From an uncultured Gemmatimonadales bacterium (GTDB taxonomy: Bacteria > Gemmatimonadota > Gemmatimonadetes > Gemmatimonadales > GWC2-71-9): a stretch of DNA of 64,000 bases. The stretch spans positions 736,001-800,000 of the forward strand of contig CAVVKJ010000010.1 of assembly GCA_963748815.1 (NCBI GenBank), read 5' to 3'. Position numbers and translations under genes: made by a program. This document shows, piece by piece, positions 31,458-42,838 of this stretch. The notes beneath the pieces are model-generated. The model did no database searches. It worked only from the letters and a program-made list of their open reading frames with translations, and was not told the DNA's origin. How positions within the stretch are numbered: the first letter of the stretch is position 1; every line of letters begins with the position of its first letter.

Positions 31458-34400
31458 TCAGATCAGATCCACCGTGACGACCGTGCCGCGGCCCTCCTCG
31501 CTCTCGACCTGCACCGCCCCTCCCCATCCCTCGACCAGCCGCTTCACGATGGCCAGCCCCAACCCCGAGCCGCTGGTCGTCGTCGAGAATCGCGGCTCGA
31601 AGATTCGCGGCAGCAACGCCTCGGGGATCCCCTCGCCGTCGTCGTGCACCTCCATTCGCTGCGGCAGGACCCGCACCACGATATGCCCCGCCCCGGCCTG
31701 CCGCGCGTTCTCAAGGAGGTTGACGAGGACTTCTTTCACCTCGTCCGCCCGTGCCCGTCCCCACGCCGCCGGATCGGACTCGAGGACGACCTCCGTCCCC
31801 TCCCCCGCCAGCCGGTAGAGGTGCACCACCTCGTTGGCCACCGGGGCCAGCCGCATGTGGTCCGGCGCGATCGTCGGCCCGGCGGGCGCGGCAAACCGGC
31901 TGAAGGCCCTCGCGATGGTGTCGAGCCGCTCGATCTCGGCGAGAATGCGTTCCGCCGTCTCGTCGAGCGCCTGCCCGAGCGCCTCGGGCCGTTCCCGTCG
32001 CACTCGCCGCAGGTGCTGGATGCCGAGTCGCATCGGGGTCAGCGGGTTCTTGATCTCGTGTGCCACCTGCCGCGCCATCTCGCCCCAGGCGAGCACCCGT
32101 TCGGCCCGCGAAAGTTCCGTCACGTCGTTGACCGCGAGCACTGCGCCTCCGATTTCCGGTCCGAGCGGCGCGAGCGCGACGGCAAGCCGGCGTGCGCCGT
32201 CCGCCAGTTCAGCATGGGTGGGCGCCGAACCGGGCCTCGCCAGAAATGCCTCCACGGCCGCGACCAGTGAGGGCCATTCCCCCCGTAGCGCATCGTCGAA
32301 ATTCGCGCCCAGCGCCAGCGCGCCCCCCAGGAGTTCCTCCGCGCGAGGGTTCGCCACCAGCACCTCGCCCGCCGCCCCGATCCCGACCACGCCGGTGGAG
32401 ACGGTCGCCAGCACCGCGGCGGTCGTCCGCCGCGACTCCTCGAGCTCCACGCGACTCTGTCGAATGTCCTCCGCCATGCGCGCAAAGGCAGCCACCACCG
32501 GTTCGAATTCGACCGGCGGGGGCACCGACCGCTTCGGCGGCGGCGCCCCGCGGCCGAGGGCCAGGGCCGCACGGCGTAGCTCAGCGACCGGCCGAGCCAG
32601 GGCCTCGGCCACGCCGCGCGCGGCGGCCACGGCCGCGGTCAGGCCGAGCACCAGCGCGAGCAGCAAGAGCCAGCCGAGATCGGCCTGGCTGGCGGCGAGT
32701 CGAGTCACCTCCGCCCCGCGCGGCGCCGCCAGCACCACCAGCTGATCGCCGGAGCCCGGCCGCTCGACGCGGTAGCCGACACGCCCCCCCCGCCCAAGGA
32801 GGGGCTCATCGGCCGCCGACTCCACCTCCCCGCCAAACGCCAGCACCTGGTAGGCCGCGGCGTCCTGCAGCGGCGCGAGGATCGCCAGCGCCGCAAGGAC
32901 GGAGTCGGTGGCCGCGACACGCGTCCCGCCACGGTACAGGGCAAGGTCGGCCCGAAACCGCCCCGCGAGGCGGTCGAGCGTGGTCACCGCGAAGGCCGGC
33001 GCGACGGACGGATCGCTCGAGGCCGCGGCCACGTCACGCAACACCTGGGTGATGGCGTCGTCTCGCTCCCTGGCCGCCTCTCCGTTCAGCCGGGAGAGTT
33101 CCCAGATGGCGAAGCCGACTGCGGGGACAAGGAAGAAGGCCGCCAGCGCGATCGCCACGCGCACCCGGAAGGAGCGCCGGACCCGCTGCCAATTCGGGAG
33201 CGCCGGCGGCATCCCGGCGATCGCCTCGGCCAGCAACCAGATGAGGGCCAGCACCACCGCATCGAGGACCACCACCAGCGCGCCCCGCACCAGCAGCGGG
33301 AAGGGTCCGCGGAGGTCGACATCCGCATGCGTCGTCCGGACGCCGTCCGGCATCACGACCGCCCGCTCGCCGTGGACGGCCCAGGATTCCCTGCGCCAGC
33401 GGAGCCGGCGGGCGTCGGGGGTCAGCCCCGGCGTGGGCGGCGAGAGCGTCATCCGGTACGACGGTTCCGACAGCGCGCCCGGATCGAGGAGCGCGCCGAG
33501 GCGGTCCGGCACGAGCAGCTGCGTCCGGGGACCGACGGCAACGGTGAGCAGGTCGCCCGACGCGAGGCGGAGCGAAAGCACCTGGTACACGCCAGGCACG
33601 CCCCGCACCGTCGACACCCGCATCGATGCATCCGCCGGCAGGGCGACGGCCAGCGCCGCCACCGCGGCCTCTGACAGGTCCAGGGAATCGAGCCCGAGCG
33701 ACGCGAATGCGGACCCGTCGGGCCTCCGGAGCGCGAGCCGCACCGGATAGTCGGCCAGGTCAGCGCGCGCCGCCAGCCACCGGACGTAGAGCTGCGACGC
33801 ATCCTGCGGCGCGGGCGTCGCGCCGAGCGTGGCCCCGGCACGCTGCAGCAGGGGCACCACCACCGGGTCCAGCGTGGGACCCTGACGCATGGCATCCTGT
33901 TGGGCCGACTCGAGCCGGCTTTCCGTCATCGCCCCCCAGGTGAGCAGCGCGGCGGCACTGCCTGCCACCGTTGCGATGCCGAGGATGGTCACGCCGCGCG
34001 CCGCCGGGCGGGTCACGAGGAGCAGCCCCGGCAGCCAGAGGAAGATGTACCAGCCCTCCCAGCCGGACCCCGGATGCCAGACATACAATCCCGCCGCCGC
34101 GGCGACGATGGTCAGCGCCATCCCAAGCCAGACCGCGGTCGGCCCACCGATCCTGGCCGGCGGCCCCCGGAAGAGCGCCGCCGCGATGACGGCCAGGGCC
34201 ATGGAGGCCAGGGCCAGCGTCAGCTGCCAGCCGAGCCAGAGCCCGAGGGAGACGCCCGCTGGCGGGGGAGTGATCCCGCGCGCGAAGTAGCGCAGCACCA
34301 CCGGCGCACCAAGGAGGAGCAGGACCCCGAGCGGAACGGAAAACCAGTGGCGGCGGGGCGGACGGTTCCAGAGCGCCACGGCCAGCAGCGTGAGCAGGAG

Positions 34401-35441
34401 CGCGAGGGACGCGAGCGCGCCGGCGGAATTGCCGATGGGTCCGAGCGCCGGGCGGAAGAAGACCATCGGGGAGAAGAAGAGGTCGAACCCAAGAGCGGCG
34501 CCGATCGGGGCGCGGCTGAGCACGCCCACGCCCAGCGCGAGCACCGCATACCGGGCGACCGAATGCCCAGCCGCCAGGACGGTCAGGAGGAGCGTCAGCA
34601 GCAGCACCCAGGCCGTGACACGGACTCCTCCCGCCCGGGCCGATTCGCTCGCCTCCTCGAGCTCGGGGGGAACCGGCTCGACGCTGAACAAGAGTCGCGG
34701 CCCAGCCGTGGTCGGTTCGGAATAGTCAAACACGTCCGGCGTGTCCGGCGCGGTTCCGGCCGGGTAGACGCGGAGTCCCACACCCGTCCGCGCCCGAAAG
34801 TCCTCCGTCACGGACTGCACTCGCTCCGGAACCGCGGAGGAGGCCCAGACCACGACCGAGCCCACCGCGCGCCGCTCCAGCGGGGCATCGCGCGTCACCT
34901 CGAGCACCAGGTAGAAGGGGTTGTCGGTCGTCGAGACGGGACGACCGTCCCCTCTCGGTGCCAGTCGATGAGATCCGGCCCACGCCTGCACGCGCCCAGC
35001 CTCGTCGAGAAGGGCGACGCCGGCTTCCAGCCCCGCACCAGCCACCGTCTTTTCCAGCGCGAGGAAGGTCAGTTGCAGGTTGCTCGGCGCGGCGCTGGCT
35101 TCGTCGGCGAGGCGATTGGCGAGGAGGTAGGCGGCGTGCAGGTCGCCGGCCAGCCGATCGGTGGCCCGGTCGACCCGCGCCTGCTGGATGGTGGGCCAGT
35201 ACGCCTCGAGTTGCGCCAGGCGCCATTCGGTGATGAGCGGGATGAGGGCCAGTCCGGTGAGCGCCGCCGCAATCACCCGGGACCGCCAGCCGACCCAGGG
35301 GCGCAGCCCCACCGTGCTGACGACCGCGGCCAGGCAGGTGGCGAGCATCCAGGGCGTGGTCGGAGTGCGCAGCCATTCCCCGGCGGCGACGACCGTCAGA
35401 GCAGCCCCGGGGAGCCACCAGCGATGCGGGGAGGAGGTCAC
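31458..35441 (-). CDS. Large multi-TM sensor histidine kinase (NtrY-like)
   Basis: HAMP, PAS-like region, AWGEMARQVAHEIKNPLTP, NLLENA, DDGEG, GSGLGL. Confidence 0.9.
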   Translation of the reverse strand: MTSSPHRWWLPGAALTVVAAGEWLRTPTTPWMLATCLAAVVSTVGLRPWVGWRSRVIAAALTGLALIPLITEWRLAQLEAYWPTIQQARVDRATDRLAGDLHAAYLLANRLADEASAAPSNLQLTFLALEKTVAGAGLEAGVALLDEAGRVQAWAGSHRLAPRGDGRPVSTTDNPFYLVLEVTRDAPLERRAVGSVVVWASSAVPERVQSVTEDFRARTGVGLRVYPAGTAPDTPDVFDYSEPTTAGPRLLFSVEPVPPELEEASESARAGGVRVTAWVLLLTLLLTVLAAGHSVARYAVLALGVGVLSRAPIGAALGFDLFFSPMVFFRPALGPIGNSAGALASLALLLTLLAVALWNRPPRRHWFSVPLGVLLLLGAPVVLRYFARGITPPPAGVSLGLWLGWQLTLALASMALAVIAAALFRGPPARIGGPTAVWLGMALTIVAAAAGLYVWHPGSGWEGWYIFLWLPGLLLVTRPAARGVTILGIATVAGSAAALLTWGAMTESRLESAQQDAMRQGPTLDPVVVPLLQRAGATLGATPAPQDASQLYVRWLAARADLADYPVRLALRRPDGSAFASLGLDSLDLSEAAVAALAVALPADASMRVSTVRGVPGVYQVLSLRLASGDLLTVAVGPRTQLLVPDRLGALLDPGALSEPSYRMTLSPPTPGLTPDARRLRWRRESWAVHGERAVVMPDGVRTTHADVDLRGPFPLLVRGALVVVLDAVVLALIWLLAEAIAGMPPALPNWQRVRRSFRVRVAIALAAFFLVPAVGFAIWELSRLNGEAARERDDAITQVLRDVAAASSDPSVAPAFAVTTLDRLAGRFRADLALYRGGTRVAATDSVLAALAILAPLQDAAAYQVLAFGGEVESAADEPLLGRGGRVGYRVERPGSGDQLVVLAAPRGAEVTRLAASQADLGWLLLLALVLGLTAAVAAARGVAEALARPVAELRRAALALGRGAPPPKRSVPPPVEFEPVVAAFARMAEDIRQSRVELEESRRTTAAVLATVSTGVVGIGAAGEVLVANPRAEELLGGALALGANFDDALRGEWPSLVAAVEAFLARPGSAPTHAELADGARRLAVALAPLGPEIGGAVLAVNDVTELSRAERVLAWGEMARQVAHEIKNPLTPMRLGIQHLRRVRRERPEALGQALDETAERILAEIERLDTIARAFSRFAAPAGPTIAPDHMRLAPVANEVVHLYRLAGEGTEVVLESDPAAWGRARADEVKEVLVNLLENARQAGAGHIVVRVLPQRMEVHDDGEGIPEALLPRIFEPRFSTTTSGSGLGLAIVKRLVEGWGGAVQVESEEGRGTVVTVDLI

Positions 35442-35459
35442 CCGCGTATTATACGCAGA
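35442..35459. promoter_or_regulatory. Overlapping bidirectional leaderless -10 elements
   Basis: Minus TATAAT-N6-GTG (35453-35448); plus TATTAT-N7-ATG (35447-35452) in an 18-bp gap. Confidence 0.65.
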
Positions 35460-36113
35460 ATGAGTTCGACAACGCCCTGGCGGCTCAAGGAATTGTCTCC
35501 GGCGGAGGTGGAGCGCTGCCTGGCCCGCCGCCCGGCGCTGATCCTTCCCGTCGGTTCCACCGAACAGCACGGTGCCCACCTCCCGCTCGGCATCGACACG
35601 ATCCTGGTCGAGCGGCTGGCGGACGACCTGTCGGCGCGATTTGGAATCCTGAGGGCGCCGGCGGTGGAGTATGCCGCCAACCGGGATCCCCACCGCCCTC
35701 TCCCGGGCAGCGCCCCGCTCGGCCGGAAGACGCTGCATCGGCTGATGAACGAACTGATTGAGGCGTGGGAGCTGGGAAGCGGCGTTCGGGAGTTCGTCGT
35801 GATCACCGCCGAGGGGCACGAGGCGCACCAGGAGGCGCTCAGCACCCTGCTGGTCATGGAGGCTCGGGTGCAGGTCGTCGACATCTTTTCGCTCGACTTT
35901 GGTTCCCTGCTCGAGCGACCCGGGATTCCGGCCCACGGCGGCGAATTGGACACGTCCCTGCTCCTACACCTCGCGCCCCACCTGGTGCGCATGGAAGTTG
36001 CGATGGATACGCCTGAGGCACGCCCCTCCCTTTCCACCCCGGAAAAGGGGGCGCGACTCTATCAGTTCATTCTGGACCGTGTCGCGGTCCGCTGCCTGCA
36101 CCAGGAGTCCTGA
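35460..36113 (+). CDS. Creatininase family protein
   Basis: LPVGSTEQHGAHLPLGID, HGGELDTS, TPEKG. Confidence 0.85.
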   Translation: MSSTTPWRLKELSPAEVERCLARRPALILPVGSTEQHGAHLPLGIDTILVERLADDLSARFGILRAPAVEYAANRDPHRPLPGSAPLGRKTLHRLMNELIEAWELGSGVREFVVITAEGHEAHQEALSTLLVMEARVQVVDIFSLDFGSLLERPGIPAHGGELDTSLLLHLAPHLVRMEVAMDTPEARPSLSTPEKGARLYQFILDRVAVRCLHQES

Positions 36114-36745
36114 TGCGAGCCTGGCACCTGCTCCTTTGCGTCGCCTGTCTGGCCACGCCGCTGGTCGCCCAACAGGCTGACCGCGGGGTCTTTTCGATTC
36201 AGCGCGGTGAGACGCCGCTGGGGCGGGAGGAGTTCAGTCTCCAGCCCACGACCACCAGCGGCGGCGGATCAATCCTCGCGTCGCTCGCGCGGTATCCCGC
36301 CGCGGGACCGACGGTCCAGATCCAGGCCGTGGTGGAGCAGAACGCGGCCGGGGCCATCGTCGCGCTGCAGCTGGACACCCGCAATCCGGCCGGGGTCAGC
36401 CGTGTCTACGGCGCCGCGCTCAAGGACAATCTCACCATCCGCCAAACGACTTCCGCCGCAGAATCGGTGCGGGAATATCCCCGTGCCGGGGGGATCGTCA
36501 TCCTCGATGACAGCGTGTTCGCGCTCTACCAGGTAGTCGCCCAGCGCGCCACGGCCGCCGGGGCGCGCATGCAGGTCCTCTTTCCCCGGTCTGGCCGCCG
36601 CGGGCAGCTGACGGCGACGCTGGCGGACCCGACGACGATTGACGTGAGCGGCACGGTCACCGGGACGCTGACTGTCGATGCCACCGGACGCCTGATGCGC
36701 GTCGTCCTCGCCGACGGCCTCGCCGCCATTCGCCAGTCCAAGTAG
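36113..36745 (+). CDS. Hypothetical secreted protein
   Basis: Signal peptide; GREEFS motif; coupled to the upstream stop. Confidence 0.7.
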   Translation: MRAWHLLLCVACLATPLVAQQADRGVFSIQRGETPLGREEFSLQPTTTSGGGSILASLARYPAAGPTVQIQAVVEQNAAGAIVALQLDTRNPAGVSRVYGAALKDNLTIRQTTSAAESVREYPRAGGIVILDDSVFALYQVVAQRATAAGARMQVLFPRSGRRGQLTATLADPTTIDVSGTVTGTLTVDATGRLMRVVLADGLAAIRQSK

Positions 36746-36805
36746 CCGCCGGGCCGCCCCCGAAGTTGTTGCCTGGTATTATCTTCCCCCCAGTTCGTCC
36801 CAAGC

Positions 36806-36842
36806 TGAAACTCATCATGCGCCCCCCTCGTAGGGGGGCGCA
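36806..36842 (+). promoter_or_regulatory. Putative ECF-sigma promoter within an 11-bp perfect inverted repeat
   Basis: TGAAAC-N17-CGTA; TGCGCCCCCCT-CGT-AGGGGGGCGCA. Confidence 0.55.
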
Positions 36843-36881
36843 CGACAATTTCCACCGCCCGATCACACTGGGGAAGACTTC

Positions 36882-38247
36882 ATGACGCACTGGAAGCGGT
36901 TGCTCGTGCTCGGCCTGTTCGTTCCCGCCATGGCCGTGGCCCAGCAGCCCACGACACCGGCGCCGACAGCAACGCTTGAACCGGCGCCGACCGCCGGCGT
37001 TTCGCTACAGGACGCGATCAGCTCCGCGCTGGCCAACAACCCCGAGTATCTCCAGTGGCTCAACAACGAGAGCCCGGCAAGCCTGGCGGTCAAGAGCGCC
37101 TACGCCACGTTCGTCCCGTCGGCCAGCGTTTCGGCGGGCTTCAACTACACCGGGTCGGGCTCCTCCAACTTCGGCGGCACGAACGTCATCAAGACGTCGT
37201 CCTCCATCGGGTCGAGCTACAGCATCGATCTTGGATGGAATCTGAACGGGCGTGTGCTGTACGGACCGGCCCAGTCCAGGGCGGGCCTGCGGGCGACCCA
37301 GGAGCAGATCGCGGCAGCCAACGTCCAGCTCCGCTCGGCCGTCAACACGCAATACCTGAACGTGCTGCAGAGCAATGCCCGGATCGATGTCGTCACCCAG
37401 CAAGTGGCCCGAAACAAGGTGTTCCTCGATCTGGCCAAGGCTCGGTACCAGGTCGGGCAGGCCACGATGCTTGATGTGCGGCAGGCGGAGGTGACGCTGG
37501 GGCAGTCCGAGGTCGACCTCCTTGTCGCCAAGCAGGCGAATGCCGACGCCCGATTGCAGCTGTTCCAGTTGATGGGCGTCACCGCCACCGGCCGGATTCG
37601 ACGCGGTCGTGCTCACGGACTCGTTCCCGGTGCTGGAACCGGCGTACTCGCTGGACAGCCTGCTGAATACGGCGGCCGTCGTGAATCCGAACCTCCTGGC
37701 CGCGGAAGCTTCGGCGCAGGTGAGCAAGTTCAGCCTGAGCGTCGTGAAGAGCGAGTATTTCCCGACCTTGCGCGCGGGGGCCAACTGGAACGGGTACACC
37801 CAGCAGTACACCGACCAGGATACGCTCCAGACCTTCCCGTTCGACTTCACGACGCAGCCGTTCACGATCTTTGCCGGACTCTCGTGGCCCATTTTCGATG
37901 GCCTGCAGCGCGAGACCCGTGTGTCCGACGCCAAGGCGCGGCGCGACGACGCGCTGGAGCAGGTGCGTGCGCAGTCGCTGCTGGTTCGGACCCAGGTGAC
38001 CAGCCGGTACCTGGCGATCGGCGCCACGTACAAGGCGATCGGCGTGGCGGAGGCCAACAAGGCCGCCGCGGCCGACCAGCTCCGCCTGGCGCAGGACCGG
38101 TACCGCCTCGGCCAGGGTACCGCGCTCGAACTCTCGGACTCCGAGGGCGCGGTGCAGCGCGCCGACGGCACGTACGTCGACGCCATCTATGGATTTCACA
38201 AGGCCGTGGTCGCGCTCGAAGAGGCGGTCGGGCAACCCCTTCGTTAA
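36882..38247 (+). CDS. TolC family protein (frameshift near 37590)
   Basis: OEP repeats split over two frames (ARYQVG; WPIFDG, DRYRLG). Confidence 0.85.
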
Positions 38248-38262
38248 TCCCGAGGACCCACA

Positions 38263-39549
38263 ATGTCACGTCGTACCAAGTTCGGACTCATCGCCGCCAT
38301 CCTGATCGTCGTGGTCGGCGGACTCTCCTTCCTGACGGCGGCCAACCGCAACAAGCGGGCGGTCGAGGTCCGGTTCGACACGGTCCAGCCGCAGAACCTC
38401 GTGGCCTCGGTCACGGCCAGCGGCCGGATCGAGCCGCAGACGAAGGTGGATATCAGCGCCGACATCACCGGGCGCATCACCCAGATCGCGGTCAAGGAAG
38501 GCGACTGGGTCAAGAAGGGGCAGTTCCTGCTCCAGATCGACCCGGCGCAGTATGAGGCGGCCGTGGCCCGCACGGAGGCGCTGCTCTCGGCCTCCACCGC
38601 GTCCCAGGTCCAGGCCAAGGCCAACTACGACCAGGCCGAGCGGACCGCCAACCGGGCCACGGGAGCTCAGCACCAGCAGCCCCAACCTGATCTCCACCGA
38701 GGCGGTGGAACAGGCGCAGACCGCGTTCGACGTGGCGAAGGCGAACCTGAACGCCGCCAACGCCCAGGTGGCGCAGAACCGCGCCACCGCTCCAGGATGC
38801 GCGAGGACCAGCTGGCCAAGACGCGGCTCATCAGCCCGCTCGACGGCCGGGTCACGCGGCTGAACGTCGAAGTTGGCGAAGTCGCCGTGCCGGGCACCTT
38901 CTCGCGCGAGACCGCGCTCCTCATGACCGTGGCCGACCTCTCCGTCATCCTGGCCAAGGTGCAGGTGGACGAGACCGACGTCGTGCGCCTGGCGCTCGGC
39001 GACTCGGTGCGGGTCACGATCGATGCCTTCCCTGACACGGCGTTCGTGGGGCGCGTCACCGAAGATCAGCAACAGCGCGCAGCTGACCGCGACGGCCACC
39101 GCCGCCGGCTCCTCCGACCGCGCGGTGGACTTCGACGTCGAGATCACCCTGGCGAATCCGCCGGAGGACATCCGGCCGGACCTGAGCGCGACCGCCAAGA
39201 TCATCACCGACACCCGTACGCAGGTGCCGAGCGTGCCGATCATCGCCCTGACGGTGCGGCAGCACGAAGTTGTTCCCAACGAGAGCGCGCCCGCGACCAC
39301 GCCGCCGGCCGACAGCTCCGCGCAAGAAGATGACGGACACGGAAGGGGTCTTCGTCGTCCGCGAAGGCGTCGCGACCTTCACCCCCGTGAAGGTGGGCAT
39401 CGCCGGCGAGGAGTACTTCGAGGTGCTCTCCGGCGTGCAGCTCGGCGACTCGATCGTGGCCGGCACCTACCAGACGATCCGCGACCTGCAAGGACAGCGC
39501 GAAGGTCCGCGCGGCCAAGCTGCCCCCGCCGGGCGGGAGCAAGAAGTAA
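38263..39549 (+). CDS. MacA-like periplasmic adaptor (several indels)
   Basis: [33 protein letters not shown]-terminal VKVGIAG in a shifted frame. Confidence 0.82.
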
Positions 39550-40252
39550 TGAGCGATCTCGTCATTGCCGTCCGCGCGCTCGCGCGGTCCTACGAAATGG
39601 GCGCCGAGGTGGTCCAGGCGCTCCGCGGTCTCGATCTCGAGATCCGCCGCAACGAGTACGTGGCCATCATGGGGCCGTCGGGCTCGGGCAAGTCCACGCT
39701 GATGAACATGATCGGCTGCCTGGACACCCCGTCGAGCGGCGAGTACTGGCTCAACGGCCAGGAAGTCTCCCGCATGGGCGACGACGCCCTGGCCCGGGTG
39801 CGGAACAAGGAGATCGGCTTCGTGTTCCAGACCTTCAACCTGCTGCCGCGCGCCACGGCGCTGCACAACGTCGAGCTGCCGCTGGTGTACGCCGGCACGA
39901 CCGCCCGCGACCGGCGGGCGCGGGCCGAGGAGGCGCTGGCGCGGGTCGGGCTGGCGGACCGGATGCACCACCGCCCGAACGAGCTCTCCGGCGGGCAGCG
40001 GCAGCGGGTGGCCATCGCGCGCGCCCTGGTCAACCGAGCCCTCGATCCTGCTGGCCGACGAACCGACCGGCAACCTCGACAGCTCCACGAGCGACGAGAT
40101 CATGCGGGTCTTCGAGCAGCTGCACGCGCGAGGGGCAGACCGTGATCATGGTGACCCACGAGGCGGACATCGCGGCCCACGCGCACCGCGTGGTGGTGCT
40201 GCGCGACGGCCGGGTCGAGAGCGACGTGCTCAGCCAGCCGAAGGCGGCCTGA
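39549..40252 (+). CDS. MacB/LolD-type ABC ATP-binding protein (indels)
   Basis: [33 protein letters not shown] and MVTHE in shifted frames. Confidence 0.9.
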
Positions 40253-40256
40253 CCCG

Positions 40257-41507
40257 ATGCCGATCTGGGAAGCGGTCACGATGGCGCTCCGCACCATCCG
40301 GGCGCAGAAGCTGAAGAGCTTCTTCTCCCTGATCGGCGTGCTCATCGGCGTCATGTTCCTGATCGCGGTCGTCTCGATCGTGCAGGGCATGAACGTGTAC
40401 ATGGAGGACCAGTTCGCCAATCGGCTGATCGGGCTGAACATCTTCCAGGTGCGCCAGCGGCCGGGCATCACCACCGGCGACGTGCACGCGAGGAAACGTG
40501 GCGTCAGCTGGCGCCGGCGGCCGCGGATCACCTACGCCGACGCCGACTACATCAAGGCGCGGCTCACCGACCCCCGCGACCATCGCGATGTACTGCGCCG
40601 ACCGGATGCCGCTCAGCTACGCCGGGCAAGACCGCCAAGGACATCGATCTCGTCGGCACGGAGGAGACCTACTTCAAGATCAAGAATTACGACATCGCCA
40701 ACGGGCGGGCCTTCTCCGCCCAGGAGGTCCGGGCCGCGCAGACCGTGGTGGTCCTGGGCGACCTCGTGGCCGAAAAGCTCTTCCCGGGCAGGATCCCGTC
40801 GGGAAAGAAGTCGCTCATCGCGGCCTGCCGCTACCGGATCGTCGGCGTGGTGGCCAAGCAGGGGACGCTGTTCGGCATCTCGCTCGACAAGTTCGCCATC
40901 ATGCCCTACACCGCGCCGGCGCGCCGGTACATCTGCCCGATCAACATCCTCGACGACATTCAGATCCAGACCGCCGGGCCCGACCGACATGCGTGGCGGC
41001 GATGGACGAGGTCGAGGCGCTGATGCGGATCCGGCGCGGGCTCAAGCCGGCGCAGGAGAACAACTTCTACCTGCAGACGGCGGAGGGCGCCCTCGAGGGC
41101 TGGAAGCGGATCTCCAAGATCCTCTTCATGGCGCTGCCGGGGCTGGTGGCCATCTCGCTGGTGGTCGGTGGCATCGTGATCATGAACATCATGCTGATGG
41201 CGGTGTCGCGAGCGCACCCGGGAGATCGGCATCCGGAAGGCGCTCGGCGCCAAGCGGCGTGACATCCTGGCGCAGTTCGTGGTCGAATCGGCCACGCTGT
41301 CGGTCGTCGGCGCCGTCCTCGGCATCGGCGCCGGAATCCTGCTGGCGTTCGCGGTGCGCGCACTCTCCGCCGCTCCCGGCCGCCGTCGCCCCCTGGTCGA
41401 TCGTCGTCGGGCGTCGCGCTCGGCATCTTCGTCGGCATGGTGGCGGGCGTCTACCCGGCCACGCGCGCCAGCCTGCTGGATCCCATCGCGCGCTCCGCGC
41501 CGAATAG
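40257..41507 (+). CDS. MacB/FtsX-type ABC permease A1 (many indels)
   Basis: [32 protein letters not shown] spread across frames. Confidence 0.8.
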   Translation: MPIWEAVTMALRTIRAQKLKSFFSLIGVLIGVMFLIAVVSIVQGMNVYMEDQFANRLIGLNIFQVRQRPGITTGDVHARKRGVSWRRRPRITYADADYIKARLTDPRDHRDVLRRPDAAQLRRARPPRTSISSARRRPTSRSRITTSPTGGPSPPRRSGPRRPWWSWATSWPKSSSRAGSRRERSRSSRPAATGSSAWWPSRGRCSASRSTSSPSCPTPRRRAGTSARSTSSTTFRSRPPGPTDMRGGDGRGRGADADPARAQAGAGEQLLPADGGGRPRGLEADLQDPLHGAAGAGGHLAGGRWHRDHEHHADGGVASAPGRSASGRRSAPSGVTSWRSSWSNRPRCRSSAPSSASAPESCWRSRCAHSPPLPAAVAPWSIVVGRRARHLRRHGGGRLPGHARQPAGSHRALRAE

Positions 41508-41519
41508 CGAGGAGACGCC

Positions 41520-42770
41520 ATGTCACAGACCTATTAGTCGGGCCTTCGAAGGCATCGGCATCGCGCTCGACTCGCTGCGGGCCAGCAAGGTGCGCGCGGC
41601 GCTGACCATCCTCGGCGTGGCCATCGGCGTCATGGTCGTGATCGCGATGGCCTCGGCCATCACCGGCATCAACCGGGCGCTCGAGAAGGAGCTGGAGTCG
41701 GCGGGCCCGCGCACCTTCTTCGTGCAGCGCTTCTTCCAGGGCGGGCTCAACATCTCCGACGGCTCGGACGAGCTGTCGCCGTGGCGGAAGAATCCCTGGA
41801 TCACGGTGGAGGAGTCGGAGATGATCCGCCAGCTCCCGGCCATCCAGGAAGTGTCCATCGACGAGTCCACCGGCGGACCAGTCAAGTACGGCGACACCGA
41901 GCTGCCCAACGTGGGCATCGCGGGCTTCGGGCCCGCGTGGGTGTACGTCGACCGGTGGAGAGATCGTGGCCGGCCGGAGCTTTACGGCCATGGAGTATGC
42001 GGCCGGCGCCCGAGTCGCCGTGATCAACGACAAGGTGGCGGAGCGGCTCTTCCCGGGCCTCGACCCGCATCGGGAAGACGATCAAGATCTTCGGGCAGCC
42101 TTTCCAGGTGATCGGGCTGCACGTGGCGGCCGCCTCCCTGTTCGGCGGCGGCGACCAGGCCCGGCTCGCAATGCCGCACACCACGTTCGAAAAGGTGGCG
42201 GACTACTGGAAGGGTTGGATGAGCATCTCGGTCATGCCCGTGGACGGAGTGACCGTGGACGAGGCCCAGGACCAGGTGGTGGCCGCGCTCCGTGGGAGCC
42301 GCGGGCTCAAGCCGGCTCAGGAAAACAACTTCGCCATCCTGACCCAGGACCGGATCCTCGAGACGTTCGACAGCATGACGAGCGCCTTCTTCCTCGTGAT
42401 GCTGGCGCTCTCCAGCGTCGGCCTGATGGTCGGCGGCGTCGGCGTGGTGGCCATCATGATGATCTCGGTGACCGAACGCACCCGCGAAATCGGCGTGCGG
42501 AAGGCGCTCGGCGCCACCCGGCGCGAGGTCCTCTTCCAGTTCCTGGTCGAGGCGGCCACGCTCACCCTGGTCGGCGGCGTGGTCGGCATGATGCTCGGCG
42601 GTCTCATCGCGCTGGCCATCAACAAGCTGACCCCGATTCCCGCAGCGGTCCCGCTCTGGTCCGTCGTCGTGGCACTCCTCGCCTCGATCGTGACCGGCAT
42701 CATGTTCGGCATGTATCCCGCCAACAAGGCCAGCAAGCTCGATCCGGTGGAGGCGCTGCGATACGAATGA
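41520..42770 (+). CDS. MacB/FtsX-type ABC permease B1 (indels)
   Basis: [38 protein letters not shown]. Confidence 0.85.
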
Positions 42771-42771
42771 G

Positions 42772-42827
42772 GCGGGTCAGCGGGGCCGCGGGGCCGCCCC
42801 CCTGCCCCGCTGCCCAGCGGCCCCGCT
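42772..42827. repeat. 8-mer GCGGGGNN repeats in inverted arrangement (hairpin)
   Basis: gcgggtca gcggggcc gcggggcc followed by gcccccct gccccgct gcccagcg gccccgct. Confidence 0.65.
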
Positions 42828-42838
42828 AGTTTTCCCCT

